This document shows positions 40,709-50,511 of a stretch of 64,000 bases of DNA, piece by piece. Position 1 is the stretch's first letter. Each line of letters begins with the position of its first letter. The DNA comes from an uncultured Clostridia bacterium (GTDB lineage: Bacteria > Bacillota > Clostridia > TANB77 > CAG-508): the NCBI GenBank assembly GCA_947594065.1, contig CANQDX010000001.1, positions 4,100 to 68,099 of the forward strand, given 5' to 3'. The notes beneath the pieces were generated by a model. The model was given only the letters and a program-made list of their open reading frames with translations. It had not been told where the DNA came from and did not search any database. Position numbers and translations under genes: made by a program.

Positions 40709-41641
40709 ATGGAAAAATATGTGATAGATAAATTAATCGATAAAATAAAAGAAATGAATAATCCAACTGTAATGGGATTAGATCCAAGATACGAAATGTT
40801 GCCAGAATCAGTAAAAGGTAAATATGAAATAAGTTTAGAAGGTGCAAGCAAAGCCATTTTAGAATACAATAAGGCACTAATAGATTGCACTTTTGATATT
40901 ATTCCAGCTATCAAACCACAGCTTGCTTTTTATGAGATGTTTGGAATAGCTGGAATGAAAGCATTTAAGGAAACCTGTGAATATGCACATAAGAAAGGAA
41001 TGTTTGTTATTGCAGACGCAAAAAGAGGAGATATTGGCTCAACTGCAAAAGGCTATTCCAATGCTTATTTAGGACAAACTCCGCTAGAACAAGAAAAAAT
41101 AACTGCATTTGACAATATTGATTTTCTAACTGTCAATCCTTATTTAGGAGTAGATAGTATTAAGCCATTTGTGGAAGATTGCACCAAATATGAAAAAGGA
41201 ATTTTTATATTAGTGAAAACTTCTAATCCTTCTTCTGGTGAATTACAAGACTTAAAACTAGAAAATGGAGAAACTGTTTATGAGCATATTGCAGAATTAG
41301 TAGAAGAATGGGGAAAAGGATTAATAGGAAAGTATGGCTACAGTAGTGTGGCAGCAGTTGTGGGAGCAACTTATCCAGAACAATTAAAAGAAATTAGAAA
41401 AAAGGCTCCACATACCTTCTTTTTAATTCCAGGGTTTGGTGCACAAGGTGGAAAGGCGGAAGATATAGCACTTGGATTCGATAAAAATAGAATAGGCGGA
41501 ATTGTTAATGCCTCTCGAAGCTTAATGTGCGCTTATCAATCTGAAAAATGGAAGGATAAGTATAGTGATAAAGAATATGCAAAAGCAACCAGAGCTGAAG
41601 CACTACTTATGAAAGAAGAATTAAATAAAGCAATTAATTAA
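40709..41641 (+). CDS. pyrF: orotidine 5'-phosphate decarboxylase (long type-2 form)
   Basis: VMGLDPRYEML, active-site motif IADAKRGDIGST, 310 aa. Confidence 0.85.
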   Translation: MEKYVIDKLIDKIKEMNNPTVMGLDPRYEMLPESVKGKYEISLEGASKAILEYNKALIDCTFDIIPAIKPQLAFYEMFGIAGMKAFKETCEYAHKKGMFVIADAKRGDIGSTAKGYSNAYLGQTPLEQEKITAFDNIDFLTVNPYLGVDSIKPFVEDCTKYEKGIFILVKTSNPSSGELQDLKLENGETVYEHIAELVEEWGKGLIGKYGYSSVAAVVGATYPEQLKEIRKKAPHTFFLIPGFGAQGGKAEDIALGFDKNRIGGIVNASRSLMCAYQSEKWKDKYSDKEYAKATRAEALLMKEELNKAIN

Positions 41642-41737
41642 GTTTAACTTATTGATAAATTAATTTTAACTTAATAGTAAAATATAATTACTTAGATAAT
41701 TCATAAATTATATCGCTATAATAAAGGAGGAAAAATA

Positions 41738-42529
41738 ATGCCAAAGCAAATTTTTGCAAAATTAATTAAAAAAGAAAAATTATTAGACAATTTGTATAAA
41801 TTTTCAGTAGAGGCAAAAGAAATAGTAAACATAGCAAAACCTGGAAATTTTATAGAAATTAGAATAAATGAAAATTTAGATCCTTTTTTAAGAAGACCAA
41901 TTAGTATTTATAATTTAGATAAAGAAAATGGAATTTTAGAATTCATTTTTCAAGTAAAAGGGAAAGGAACAAAACTACTTGCAAAAAAAGAAGAAGGAGA
42001 ACTAATTGATATTATAGGACCTCTAGGAAGCGGAATTTTTAAATTGGAGAAAATTAAAAATATAGCAATTATCGGTGGCGGAATAGGAATATTTCCACTA
42101 TACGAACTTGCAAAAGAAGCACAAGCAGATGGTTTAAATGTAAATACTTATATAGGATTTAGAAATAAGGATTTGGTGGTATTAGAAAAAGAATTTCAAA
42201 TGGTATCTAGTCATTTAATTGTAACAACAGATGATGGAAGTTATGCCAAAAATGGATTTGCAATAGAATATTTGAAAAGTGACCTAGAATCCAAACAGAT
42301 AGATGCAATTTATGCCTGTGGACCACTTCCAATGTTAAAAGCTGTTAAGCAACTTGCTGAAAATAAAAATATTCCTTGCCAACTTTCTTTAGAAGAAAAA
42401 ATGGGATGTGGTTTAGGTGTATGTTTAGGGTGTGCAGTTAAAACAGCAGGTTCACCTAAAGAAGAACCTCAATATATTCACGTATGTAAAGCAGGTCCTG
42501 TATTTGATTCTAAATTAATAGAAATATAG
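41738..42529 (+). CDS. pyrK: dihydroorotate dehydrogenase electron-transfer subunit
   Basis: FAD/NAD-binding fold plus the C-terminal [2Fe-2S] motif CGLGVCLGCAVK. Confidence 0.85.
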   Translation: MPKQIFAKLIKKEKLLDNLYKFSVEAKEIVNIAKPGNFIEIRINENLDPFLRRPISIYNLDKENGILEFIFQVKGKGTKLLAKKEEGELIDIIGPLGSGIFKLEKIKNIAIIGGGIGIFPLYELAKEAQADGLNVNTYIGFRNKDLVVLEKEFQMVSSHLIVTTDDGSYAKNGFAIEYLKSDLESKQIDAIYACGPLPMLKAVKQLAENKNIPCQLSLEEKMGCGLGVCLGCAVKTAGSPKEEPQYIHVCKAGPVFDSKLIEI

Positions 42530-42547
42530 AAAGGAATAGGAAAAATA

Positions 42548-43456
42548 ATGAACACAAAAATAAATTTTGCTGGAATAGAAATGAAAAATCCAGTAACAGT
42601 TGCATCTGGAACATTTGGATATGGCAGAGAATATAGTGAATTTTTTGATTTAAGTAAGTTGGGTGCAGTTATTACGAAAGGAACTTCTTTAAAACCAAGA
42701 GCAGGTAACAGACCATCAAGAGTTTACGAAACAACTGGTGGAATGCTTAATAGTATTGGACTACAAAATCCTGGCGTAGAATATTTTGCAACCTATGATT
42801 TGCCATTTTTAAAAAAGTTTGATACTAAGATAATTGTAAATGCTTGCGGAAGTAGTATAGAAGAATATGTTGAATTATGCAAAGTGTTAAACACATTAGA
42901 TATTGATGGTGTAGAGCTTAATTTGTCTTGCCCGAATGTAAAGGCAGGATGTTTAGCTTTTGGAACAACATATAATGGGGTAAAAGAAGTTACATCAGAA
43001 GTTAGAAAAGTATTAAGTAAACCATTAATTGTAAAACTTACACCAAATGTAACAGATATTACAGAAACTGCAAAAGCAGCACAAGATGGTGGAGCAGATG
43101 CTATTTCTCTAATTAATACTTTACTAGCAATGAAAATAGATATAAATACAAGAAAACCAGTATTAGCAAATAATACAGGCGGGCTTTCTGGTCCTGCTAT
43201 TAAACCAGTAGCAGTTAGAATGGTATACCAAGCAGCTAAATCAATAGATATTCCTGTAATGGGATTAGGTGGCATTGTGAATGGAGAAGATGCAATTGAA
43301 TTTATGCTAGCTGGAGCAACCACTATTTCAATTGGATGTGGGAATTTCATTGACCCTTATACAGCTATTAAAACTATCGAAGAAATAGAAAACTATATGA
43401 AAAAATATAAAATATCAGATATAAAAGAAATTATTGGAAAAGTGGAAATGAATTAG
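42548..43456 (+). CDS. pyrD: dihydroorotate dehydrogenase 1B catalytic subunit
   Basis: NPVTVASGTFGYG, LNLSCPNV, GGLSGPAIKP motifs. Confidence 0.9.
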   Translation: MNTKINFAGIEMKNPVTVASGTFGYGREYSEFFDLSKLGAVITKGTSLKPRAGNRPSRVYETTGGMLNSIGLQNPGVEYFATYDLPFLKKFDTKIIVNACGSSIEEYVELCKVLNTLDIDGVELNLSCPNVKAGCLAFGTTYNGVKEVTSEVRKVLSKPLIVKLTPNVTDITETAKAAQDGGADAISLINTLLAMKIDINTRKPVLANNTGGLSGPAIKPVAVRMVYQAAKSIDIPVMGLGGIVNGEDAIEFMLAGATTISIGCGNFIDPYTAIKTIEEIENYMKKYKISDIKEIIGKVEMN

Positions 43457-43619
43457 ACATATTGATTATAGGCTTATAAATTAAAAGAAAGTTAAATAAA
43501 ACTCTTGATTTTTTCATTTATTTATAGTACAATAATTATGCTTACAAAATTTACCTTATACTTAGCGAAAAGCAAAACACCACTTTAGCTCAGTTTAAGG
43601 CATATAAAATTATTAGGAG

Positions 43620-43892
43620 GTGTATATTATGACAAAGGAAAGAAAACAAGAAATAATTTCTACATACAGAAGAGATGAAAAAGATACTGGTTCTTCAGAA
43701 GTTCAAATTGCTTTATTAACAGAAAGAATTAATGAATTAACAGAACATCTTAAAATTCATACTCACGACAACCACTCTAGAAGAGGACTTTTAAAGATGG
43801 TAGGAAAAAGAAGAAATTTGTTAAATTACTTATCTAAAACAGATGTTCAAAGATATAGGGACATTGTTGAAAAACTTGGATTAAGAAAATAA
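43620..43892 (+). CDS. rpsO: 30S ribosomal protein S15
   Basis: 90 aa, [36 protein letters not shown]. Confidence 0.95.
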   Translation: MYIMTKERKQEIISTYRRDEKDTGSSEVQIALLTERINELTEHLKIHTHDNHSRRGLLKMVGKRRNLLNYLSKTDVQRYRDIVEKLGLRK

Positions 43893-43900
43893 ATAACATA

Positions 43901-43932
43901 AGGGGCGTTTAATTTTTTAATAAACGCCCTAC
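43901..43932 (+). terminator. stem-loop (rpsO terminator / pnp leader RNase III-type hairpin)
   Basis: GGGGCGTTTAattttttaaTAAACGCCCT. The T-run is weak and sits in the loop. A second hairpin GCGTTTTgaag...AAAACGC lies at about 44043-44080. Confidence 0.4.
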
Positions 43933-44101
43933 ATTGTGTTTTATGGTGTTTTTAATTTTTTGTATATATTATATAGTGGTAGCTTATATAATGTATTTCA
44001 CAGGGAAGTATATTATAAAGGTTACAGACTTATAATATATACAGCGTTTTGAAGATAATTACATTCTTTTTAAAACGCACAAAATATTATAAATTGAAAG
44101 G

Positions 44102-46264
44102 ATGTTTAAAAAAATGTTTAAAAGTTATGAAATGGAACTAGCAGGTAGAAAGCTAGTTATAGAAACAGGAAAAATTGCAGAACTTGCAAATGGAAGTGTA
44201 ATGGTTAAGTATGGAGATACAGTTGTTATGGTAAATGTTACTGCATCTAAAGAACCAAGAGAAGGAATTGACTTTTTCCCACTTTCAGTTGATTATGAAG
44301 AAAAGTTATATTCTGTTGGAAAAATTCCAGGAAGTTTTCAAAAAAGAGAAGGTAAACCATCAGATAAAGCTATTTTAGTATCAAGAGCAATAGATAGACC
44401 TTTAAGACCACTATTCCCAAAAGATTTTAGAAATGATGTATGTGTTGTTGCAACTGCATTATCAGTAGAACAAGATAATTCACCTGAAGTAGCAGCAATG
44501 ATAGGTGCTTCAGCAGCACTTTCTATTTCTGATATTCCTTTTGGTGGACCAACTGCAGCAGTTAATGTTGGATATATAAATGGAGAAATTGTTATTAATC
44601 CAACACAAGAGCAAAGAGAAATAAGCGATTTAAACCTATTAGTTGCAGGAACAAAAGAAAAAATAGCAATGATTGAAGCAGGAGCAAATGAAATTTCTAA
44701 CGATATTATGTTAGAAGCAATTAAAAAAGGTCATATTGAAATCCAAAAAGTATGTGATTTTATATCAAAAATAAAAGAAGAAATTGGCAAGCCAAAATTT
44801 GAATATCAATCTTTTGAAGTTGATCCAGAAGTATATGAAGAAATAGAAAATGCCTATAAAGATAGAATGTATCAAGATGTACAAGCTGTAGATAAAGAAG
44901 TAAGAGATGCTAATATGGACAAGCTTCAAGAAGATGTTGTAGCTTATTTTACAGAAAAATATGGAGAAGAAAAAGCAGAGGAAAAAATAACCGATATTAA
45001 AGATAGCTTGTATAAATTAGAGAAAAAATGTGTTAGAGAAATGATATATAAGGAACATAAAAGACCAGATGGAAGAAAGCTAGATGAAATAAGACCTTTA
45101 TCTTGTGAAGTAGGAATTCTTCCAAGAGTACACGGTAGTGCACTTTTCACAAGAGGACAAACACAGGTAATGTCTATAGCAACCTTAGGAATGATTAGTG
45201 AAGAACAAGTATTAGATGGAATTGATGAAGAAGAATCAAAAAGATATATGCATCATTACAATTTTCCATCTTATAGCGTAGGAGAAGCAAAACCATCACG
45301 TGGACCTGGAAGAAGAGAAATAGGACACGGAGCATTAGCAGAAAAAGCATTAGTTCCTGTTATTCCATCAAAAGACGAATTTCCTTATGCAATTAGAGTA
45401 GTATCTGAAGTATTAAGTTCAAATGGTTCAACATCACAAGCAAGTATTTGCGGAAGTACATTAGCTTTAATGGATGCCGGTGTTCCTATCAAAGCACCAG
45501 TAGCTGGTATTTCTACAGGATTGGTTACAGATCCAGATGACGATACAAAGTATGTTATGCTTACAGATATCCAAGGTTTAGAAGATTTCTTTGGAGATAT
45601 GGATTTTAAAGTAGGAGGAACACACAAAGGAATTACTGCTATTCAAGTAGATATAAAAATAGATGGTTTAACGTATGATATTATAAAGGAAGCTTTTGAA
45701 AGAACAAAAGTTGCAAGAGATTATATTTTAGACGAAATTATGCTAAAACAAATATCTAAACCAAGAGAAGAAATATCAAAATATGCACCAAGAATTATAA
45801 ACACAGTTATAAAGGTAGACAAAATTAGAGATGTAATTGGACCTGGCGGAAAAATGATTAATAAAATTATTGCTGAAACAGGTGTTAAAATAGACATCGA
45901 AGAAGACGGAAGAGTATTTATTTATTCTGCAGATACACAAGCTGGAGAAAAAGCCTTAGCAATGATAAATGATATCGTTAAAGAAATAGAAGTTGGGGGT
46001 ATATACGAAGGTACAGTTACAAGATTAATGTCATTCGGAGCTTTCGTAGACGTTGGATGTGGTAAAGAAGGATTACTTCATATTTCAAAAATTTCAAAAG
46101 AAAGAATAGATAAAATAGAAAATGTATTAAAAGTTGGAGATAAAGTTACAGTCAAGGTATACGAAATAGACGATCAAGACAGAATTAATTTAATTACAAA
46201 AGAATTAGATGATATAAAAAACGAAGAAAAAAAGAAAAGCGAAACTGAAAATTCAGATAAATAA
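44102..46264 (+). CDS. pnp: polynucleotide phosphorylase
   Basis: 720 aa with two RNase PH domains, a KH domain and a C-terminal S1 domain (GGIYEGTVTRLMSFGAFVDVG). Confidence 0.95.
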   Translation: MFKKMFKSYEMELAGRKLVIETGKIAELANGSVMVKYGDTVVMVNVTASKEPREGIDFFPLSVDYEEKLYSVGKIPGSFQKREGKPSDKAILVSRAIDRPLRPLFPKDFRNDVCVVATALSVEQDNSPEVAAMIGASAALSISDIPFGGPTAAVNVGYINGEIVINPTQEQREISDLNLLVAGTKEKIAMIEAGANEISNDIMLEAIKKGHIEIQKVCDFISKIKEEIGKPKFEYQSFEVDPEVYEEIENAYKDRMYQDVQAVDKEVRDANMDKLQEDVVAYFTEKYGEEKAEEKITDIKDSLYKLEKKCVREMIYKEHKRPDGRKLDEIRPLSCEVGILPRVHGSALFTRGQTQVMSIATLGMISEEQVLDGIDEEESKRYMHHYNFPSYSVGEAKPSRGPGRREIGHGALAEKALVPVIPSKDEFPYAIRVVSEVLSSNGSTSQASICGSTLALMDAGVPIKAPVAGISTGLVTDPDDDTKYVMLTDIQGLEDFFGDMDFKVGGTHKGITAIQVDIKIDGLTYDIIKEAFERTKVARDYILDEIMLKQISKPREEISKYAPRIINTVIKVDKIRDVIGPGGKMINKIIAETGVKIDIEEDGRVFIYSADTQAGEKALAMINDIVKEIEVGGIYEGTVTRLMSFGAFVDVGCGKEGLLHISKISKERIDKIENVLKVGDKVTVKVYEIDDQDRINLITKELDDIKNEEKKKSETENSDK

Positions 46265-46292
46265 AAACAAATATTAACAATTTTGCCAAAAC

Positions 46293-46321
46293 TTGCATTA
46301 TTTTAATATGTGTAGTATAAT
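46293..46321 (+). promoter_or_regulatory. sigma-A type promoter for the GT2 gene
   Basis: TTGCAT - 17 nt - TATAAT. Confidence 0.45.
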
Positions 46322-46359
46322 ATTAAAGTGTGAATATAATAAAATATGGGGAGTAAAAA

Positions 46360-47607
46360 ATGGAACTTTTATATATTTTACAACAAGCACTAAGTTGGGT
46401 TGTAACAATATTTTGGATATATCAATTTGGAATTAGTATATGTTCACTTATTAATTTTAAAGATAAACCAATCATAGAAGAAAAAAATAATAAATTTATG
46501 GCTATTATTCCAGCACACAACGAAGAAACGGTTATTGAAAATTTAATTAGAAGCTTAAAAAATCAGAATTATCCAAAGGAATTATACGATATATATGTTA
46601 TAGCCGATAACTGTACAGATAACACAGCAACTATCGCAAAAAATGCAGGAGCAATTGTATATGAAAGATTTGATTCTATGCATAAAACAAAAGGAGCAGC
46701 TTTAAATTGGTTCTTAGCACAAAAAATAGAAGAAAATGCTGAATATGATGCATTTTGCGTGTTTGATGCTGACAATATAGTAGATACAAATTTTATTAAA
46801 AATATGAATAAAAAATTATGCCAAGGTGAGACTGTTGTACAAGGATATAGAGATATAAAGAATCCTACTGATAGTTGGATTACAGCAGGTTATGCTTTAT
46901 TCTATTGGACAATGAATAGATTTTATCATTTGGCAAGATATAATATTGGACTTTCACCTTTAATTAATGGAACAGGATTTATGGTTAGATTTGATCAAAT
47001 TAAACCAAACGGATGGGATACACAAACTTTAACAGAAGATATAGAATTTTCATTAAAACAAATTATTAAAGGTAAAAAGCTTGGTTGGGCAAGAGATGCA
47101 ATAGTATATGATGAACAACCAGTTGGATTTAGACAATCTTGGGTACAACGTTCAAGATGGACTGCAGGACATATACAATGTATGGGAGTTTATACAAAAA
47201 AATTGGCAGTAGCTGTAAAGGAAAATAAAACAGTAATGAATTTTGATGGACTACTATACATTTTAGGAAGTATACCAATGTTTATTGTTACATTATGTTT
47301 GCTATTAATTAACTCATTAATTTATTTAGGCAATGGAATAACAGCATTGCAGTTAATTGGTAGTTATGTAAGATATATTATACCTACATTCTTCATACCT
47401 ATTCTAACAGCAATACTAATTATGAAGCTAGAGCGTAAACCAATTAAGCCAATGATTAAAGGATTATTGTGTTATCCATTATTCTTGGGTTCTTGGATTT
47501 TAATTAACTTCAAGTGTTTATTTAAACGAGATACATCTTGGGAAAAAATAGAACACATAAGAAGCATACAAATAAATGAAATAGCAAAAGTAGAAGAGCA
47601 TATATAA
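46360..47607 (+). CDS. GT2 family processive beta-glycosyltransferase (membrane-embedded synthase-like)
   Basis: N-terminal TM helix, DAD/DxD motifs (FDADNIVD), TEDIEFSL, and QxxRW (QRSRWTAGH) followed by C-terminal TM helices. Confidence 0.7.
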   Translation: MELLYILQQALSWVVTIFWIYQFGISICSLINFKDKPIIEEKNNKFMAIIPAHNEETVIENLIRSLKNQNYPKELYDIYVIADNCTDNTATIAKNAGAIVYERFDSMHKTKGAALNWFLAQKIEENAEYDAFCVFDADNIVDTNFIKNMNKKLCQGETVVQGYRDIKNPTDSWITAGYALFYWTMNRFYHLARYNIGLSPLINGTGFMVRFDQIKPNGWDTQTLTEDIEFSLKQIIKGKKLGWARDAIVYDEQPVGFRQSWVQRSRWTAGHIQCMGVYTKKLAVAVKENKTVMNFDGLLYILGSIPMFIVTLCLLLINSLIYLGNGITALQLIGSYVRYIIPTFFIPILTAILIMKLERKPIKPMIKGLLCYPLFLGSWILINFKCLFKRDTSWEKIEHIRSIQINEIAKVEEHI

Positions 47608-47625
47608 GCTCTTCTTTTTTAATAA
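47590..47625 (+). terminator. rho-independent terminator overlapping the CDS end
   Basis: GAAGAGCatatataaGCTCTTCTTTTTT. Confidence 0.5.
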
Positions 47626-47683
47626 AAAATGATGACATTAAAAAAAAACAATGATATAATAAGCAGGTAAAAAGGAGAGAAAA

Positions 47684-48538
47684 ATGTTATTAGAAAATTT
47701 AACTCATAAAATAAAAGTATATGCTTTTGTAGGTCCATCCGGTACAGGAAAAAGCTACAGAGCGCAAATGGTTGCTGGAGAATATGACATTCATTATATT
47801 ATAGATGATGGGCTATTTATAAAAGATAATGAAGTTATAGCTGGAAATTCCGCAAAAAAAGCACCTACGAAAATTGAAACTGTTAAACACGCATTATTTC
47901 TTACAGAAGAAGAAAAACAAGATATAAAAAAAGCAATAAAAAAATATAAACCAGATAGTATTTTAATACTTGGAACATCAGATAGTATGGTTGAAAAAAT
48001 TGCAGAGAATTTGAATTTACCAAATATAGAAAAAAAGATATACATAGAGGAAATTGCAACTAAAGAAGAAATGGAAACTGCAAGACATATAAGAGTTACA
48101 GAAGGAAAGCACGTAATTCCAGTTCCTACATTTGAAATTAAAAAAGATTTTTCAGGTTATATTTTAGATCCTTTGCAAATATTTAAAACAAAGGGAAGAG
48201 GAAAAGATCCATATATATCAGAAAAATCAATTATTCGACCAACATTTAGTTATTTAGGAAATTTCACTATATCTGATACTGTATTTAGGCAAATAGCAGA
48301 ATATCTAGCTAATAAAACACCTTTTATTGATAAAATAATCAAAACAAGAGTAGATAACCTACCAGAAGGACCATATATCTATATGGAAGTAATTGTAACC
48401 TATGGAACAAATATTATGGAAGGTTTGGCAGAATTTAAAGAAAAAACAAAAAAAGAGATAGAAAAGTTAACAACAATGAATGTACAAAAAATTGATATTA
48501 TAGCAAAAGGCATTAAAATGCCTGAAAGAGAGGAATAA
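47684..48538 (+). CDS. P-loop NTPase domain protein with a C-terminal Asp23/Gls24-like domain
   Basis: Walker A VGPSGTGKS near the N-terminus. The C-terminal 110 aa (TISDTVFRQIAEY...YIYMEVIVTYGTNIMEGLAEF...VQKIDIIAKGIK) follow the Asp23 pattern. Confidence 0.4.
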   Translation: MLLENLTHKIKVYAFVGPSGTGKSYRAQMVAGEYDIHYIIDDGLFIKDNEVIAGNSAKKAPTKIETVKHALFLTEEEKQDIKKAIKKYKPDSILILGTSDSMVEKIAENLNLPNIEKKIYIEEIATKEEMETARHIRVTEGKHVIPVPTFEIKKDFSGYILDPLQIFKTKGRGKDPYISEKSIIRPTFSYLGNFTISDTVFRQIAEYLANKTPFIDKIIKTRVDNLPEGPYIYMEVIVTYGTNIMEGLAEFKEKTKKEIEKLTTMNVQKIDIIAKGIKMPEREE

Positions 48539-48541
48539 AAA

Positions 48542-49210
48542 ATGTCATTTATAGTTGCAATAGATGGACCAGCAGGAACTGGAAAAGGAACTATTACGAA
48601 ATTAGTAGCAGAAGAATTAGGATTAATTAATATAGATACGGGAGCAATGTATAGGTGTGTAACACTAGATATAATTAATAAAGGAGTTTCATTAGATAAT
48701 TTAGATGCTATTAATGAAATATTAAACAGAATAAAAATAGATACAAAGAATTCAGATGGTAATTTAAAGTTTTTCTTAAATGGAATTGAAGTAACAAATG
48801 ACATAAGAACACAAAGAGTAAATGAATTGGTTTCACAAGTGTCTCATATTCCAGAAGTAAGAACCAATATGGTTAATTTACAAAGAAAGATGGCAGAAGG
48901 AAAAAAAGTTATTATGGAAGGAAGAGATATTGGAACAAATGTATTTCCTAATGCAAATGTTAAAATTTATTTAGATGCTTCTACAGAAGAAAGAGCGAAA
49001 AGAAGATATAAACAAGAACAGGAAAAAGGTTCTAATATAACTTATGAAGAAGTTCTAAAAAATGTAGTTTTTAGAGACCAAAATGATAAAAATAGCAGTG
49101 TAGCACCTTTAAAACAAGCCGAAGATGCTATTTTAGTAGATACAACGACGCTAACTATACCAGAAGTAAAGGAAAAAGTAATTTCAATTATAAAAGAAGT
49201 ATTAAAATAG
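48542..49210 (+). CDS. cmk: cytidylate kinase
   Basis: IAIDGPAGTGKGT and GAMYR motifs. Confidence 0.9.
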   Translation: MSFIVAIDGPAGTGKGTITKLVAEELGLINIDTGAMYRCVTLDIINKGVSLDNLDAINEILNRIKIDTKNSDGNLKFFLNGIEVTNDIRTQRVNELVSQVSHIPEVRTNMVNLQRKMAEGKKVIMEGRDIGTNVFPNANVKIYLDASTEERAKRRYKQEQEKGSNITYEEVLKNVVFRDQNDKNSSVAPLKQAEDAILVDTTTLTIPEVKEKVISIIKEVLK

Positions 49211-49237
49211 ATACAATTTATAATAAAGGGAGAAGAA

Positions 49238-49828
49238 ATGATTAGAATATTCTTAAAATTTTGTGTTAAAATTTTTACCTTAATTGTTTTTAGAGTAGAA
49301 ACATACGGTCAAGAAAATATAGAAAAAAATAAACCATATATTATGTGTGCAAACCACACAAGTAACTGGGATCCACCTATTCTTTATTCTGCAACAAAAA
49401 GAGAAATGTATATGATGGCCAAAGCAGAGTTATTCAAAAACAAATTTATTTATTGGGCAGCAAAAAAAACAAATATTTTTCCAGTAAAAAGGGGAAAACA
49501 AGATATAGAATCAATTAAAAAATCGCTACAAGTTTTAAAAGATAATAAAATATTAGCTATTTTCCCTGAGGGAACCAGAAATGGAATGAAGAAAAATGGG
49601 AAAATTCAAAACGGACCCGCTTATTTAGCTGCAAGAAGTGGAGTAGAAGTAATACCTGTAAAAATTGAGGGTAATTTTAAACCTTTTACAAAAGTAAAAT
49701 TATATTATGGGAAACCATTAGATTTTAGTAAATACCAATCAAAAAAACCAGAAAAAGAAACATTAGACATAATTAGCAGTGAAATCACCCAAGCAATTTG
49801 GAATAGGGAAATTGTTAATAAAAAATAA
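49238..49828 (+). CDS. plsC: 1-acyl-sn-glycerol-3-phosphate acyltransferase
   Basis: HxxxxD motif CANHTSNWD and FPEGTR. Confidence 0.8.
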   Translation: MIRIFLKFCVKIFTLIVFRVETYGQENIEKNKPYIMCANHTSNWDPPILYSATKREMYMMAKAELFKNKFIYWAAKKTNIFPVKRGKQDIESIKKSLQVLKDNKILAIFPEGTRNGMKKNGKIQNGPAYLAARSGVEVIPVKIEGNFKPFTKVKLYYGKPLDFSKYQSKKPEKETLDIISSEITQAIWNREIVNKK

Positions 49829-49864
49829 ATGTAATATGAATATCTACATCTCGAAAACTTTTAC

Positions 49865-49893
49865 TTGCAGTAAACATAAAAATGTGATATAAT
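49865..49893 (+). promoter_or_regulatory. sigma-A promoter with extended -10, driving the ankyrin-like gene
   Basis: TTGCAG - 17 nt - (TGa)TATAAT. The leader of about 80 nt contains the hairpins ACATATAGC/GCTATGTGT and CGTTTAG/CTAAACG. Confidence 0.45.
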
Positions 49894-49981
49894 AGAAATA
49901 CATATAGCAAAAGGCTATGTGTAGAAATCCTAAATCGTTTAGAGTCAGGCTAAACGTATCTTCTTTAAATAAAGAAAGGAA

Positions 49982-50344
49982 ATGATTATGAAGACACCTA
50001 TGTGTGAACTGCTTGCACAAATCAAGTCAAATCTGACCCAGGCTGAACTGAATAATCGGTTGCAAGATGCAATTGAGACAGACGATGATGTTTCTGTTGC
50101 ATTCTATATCGATGCCGGAGCAGATGTTACGGCAGACTATAACTATGCAATTCGTCTTGCATCAAGCTCTAAAGCAGTTGAATCTGCAAGACTACTGCTT
50201 ATGGCAGGTGCAAATCCTCTTGCAAATGAACGCGAAGCATTCAAAACTGCAACATCAAAAGGTGATTGCGAAATGATGGAAGTTCTGCTTGACTGGCTAC
50301 TGGATCAATATAACAATCCAGAATTCAAACCAGATGAAGCATAA
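49982..50344 (+). CDS. ankyrin-repeat-like small protein, on a high-GC islet
   Basis: 120 aa. AIRLASSSKAVESARLLLMAGANPLANEREAFKTATSKGDCEMMEVLL resembles the ankyrin consensus (-LH-A---G----V--LL--GA--N). Codon usage and GC (about 42%) differ from the flanks (about 28%). The gene has its own promoter and terminator. Confidence 0.5.
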   Translation: MIMKTPMCELLAQIKSNLTQAELNNRLQDAIETDDDVSVAFYIDAGADVTADYNYAIRLASSSKAVESARLLLMAGANPLANEREAFKTATSKGDCEMMEVLLDWLLDQYNNPEFKPDEA

Positions 50345-50387
50345 GCTTCAATGATCTTGCGTATATCAGCAAACCAACCAACCTGAC

Positions 50388-50427
50388 ACAAAATCACTCA
50401 TTTCGATGAGTGATTTTTGTTTTTTTC
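50388..50427 (+). terminator. rho-independent terminator
   Basis: AAAATCACTCATttcgATGAGTGATTTTTGTTTTTTT. Confidence 0.7.
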
Positions 50428-50441
50428 ATACTAACTAAGTA

Positions 50442-50470
50442 TTGACATTTTTTGGCTATTAAAGTATAAT
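50442..50470 (+). promoter_or_regulatory. sigma-A consensus promoter for the S1-domain gene
   Basis: TTGACA - 17 nt - TATAAT. Confidence 0.5.
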
Positions 50471-50511
50471 TATAGGTGGCGTTTTAAGCTTTAAGAAAGG
50501 AAAATGAGCTT

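Noticed and set aside
43560-43600. tRNA-like string tagctcagtt in the rpsO leader.
   Set aside because: No acceptor stem or T-arm complement exists around it. It is just the rpsO 5' UTR.
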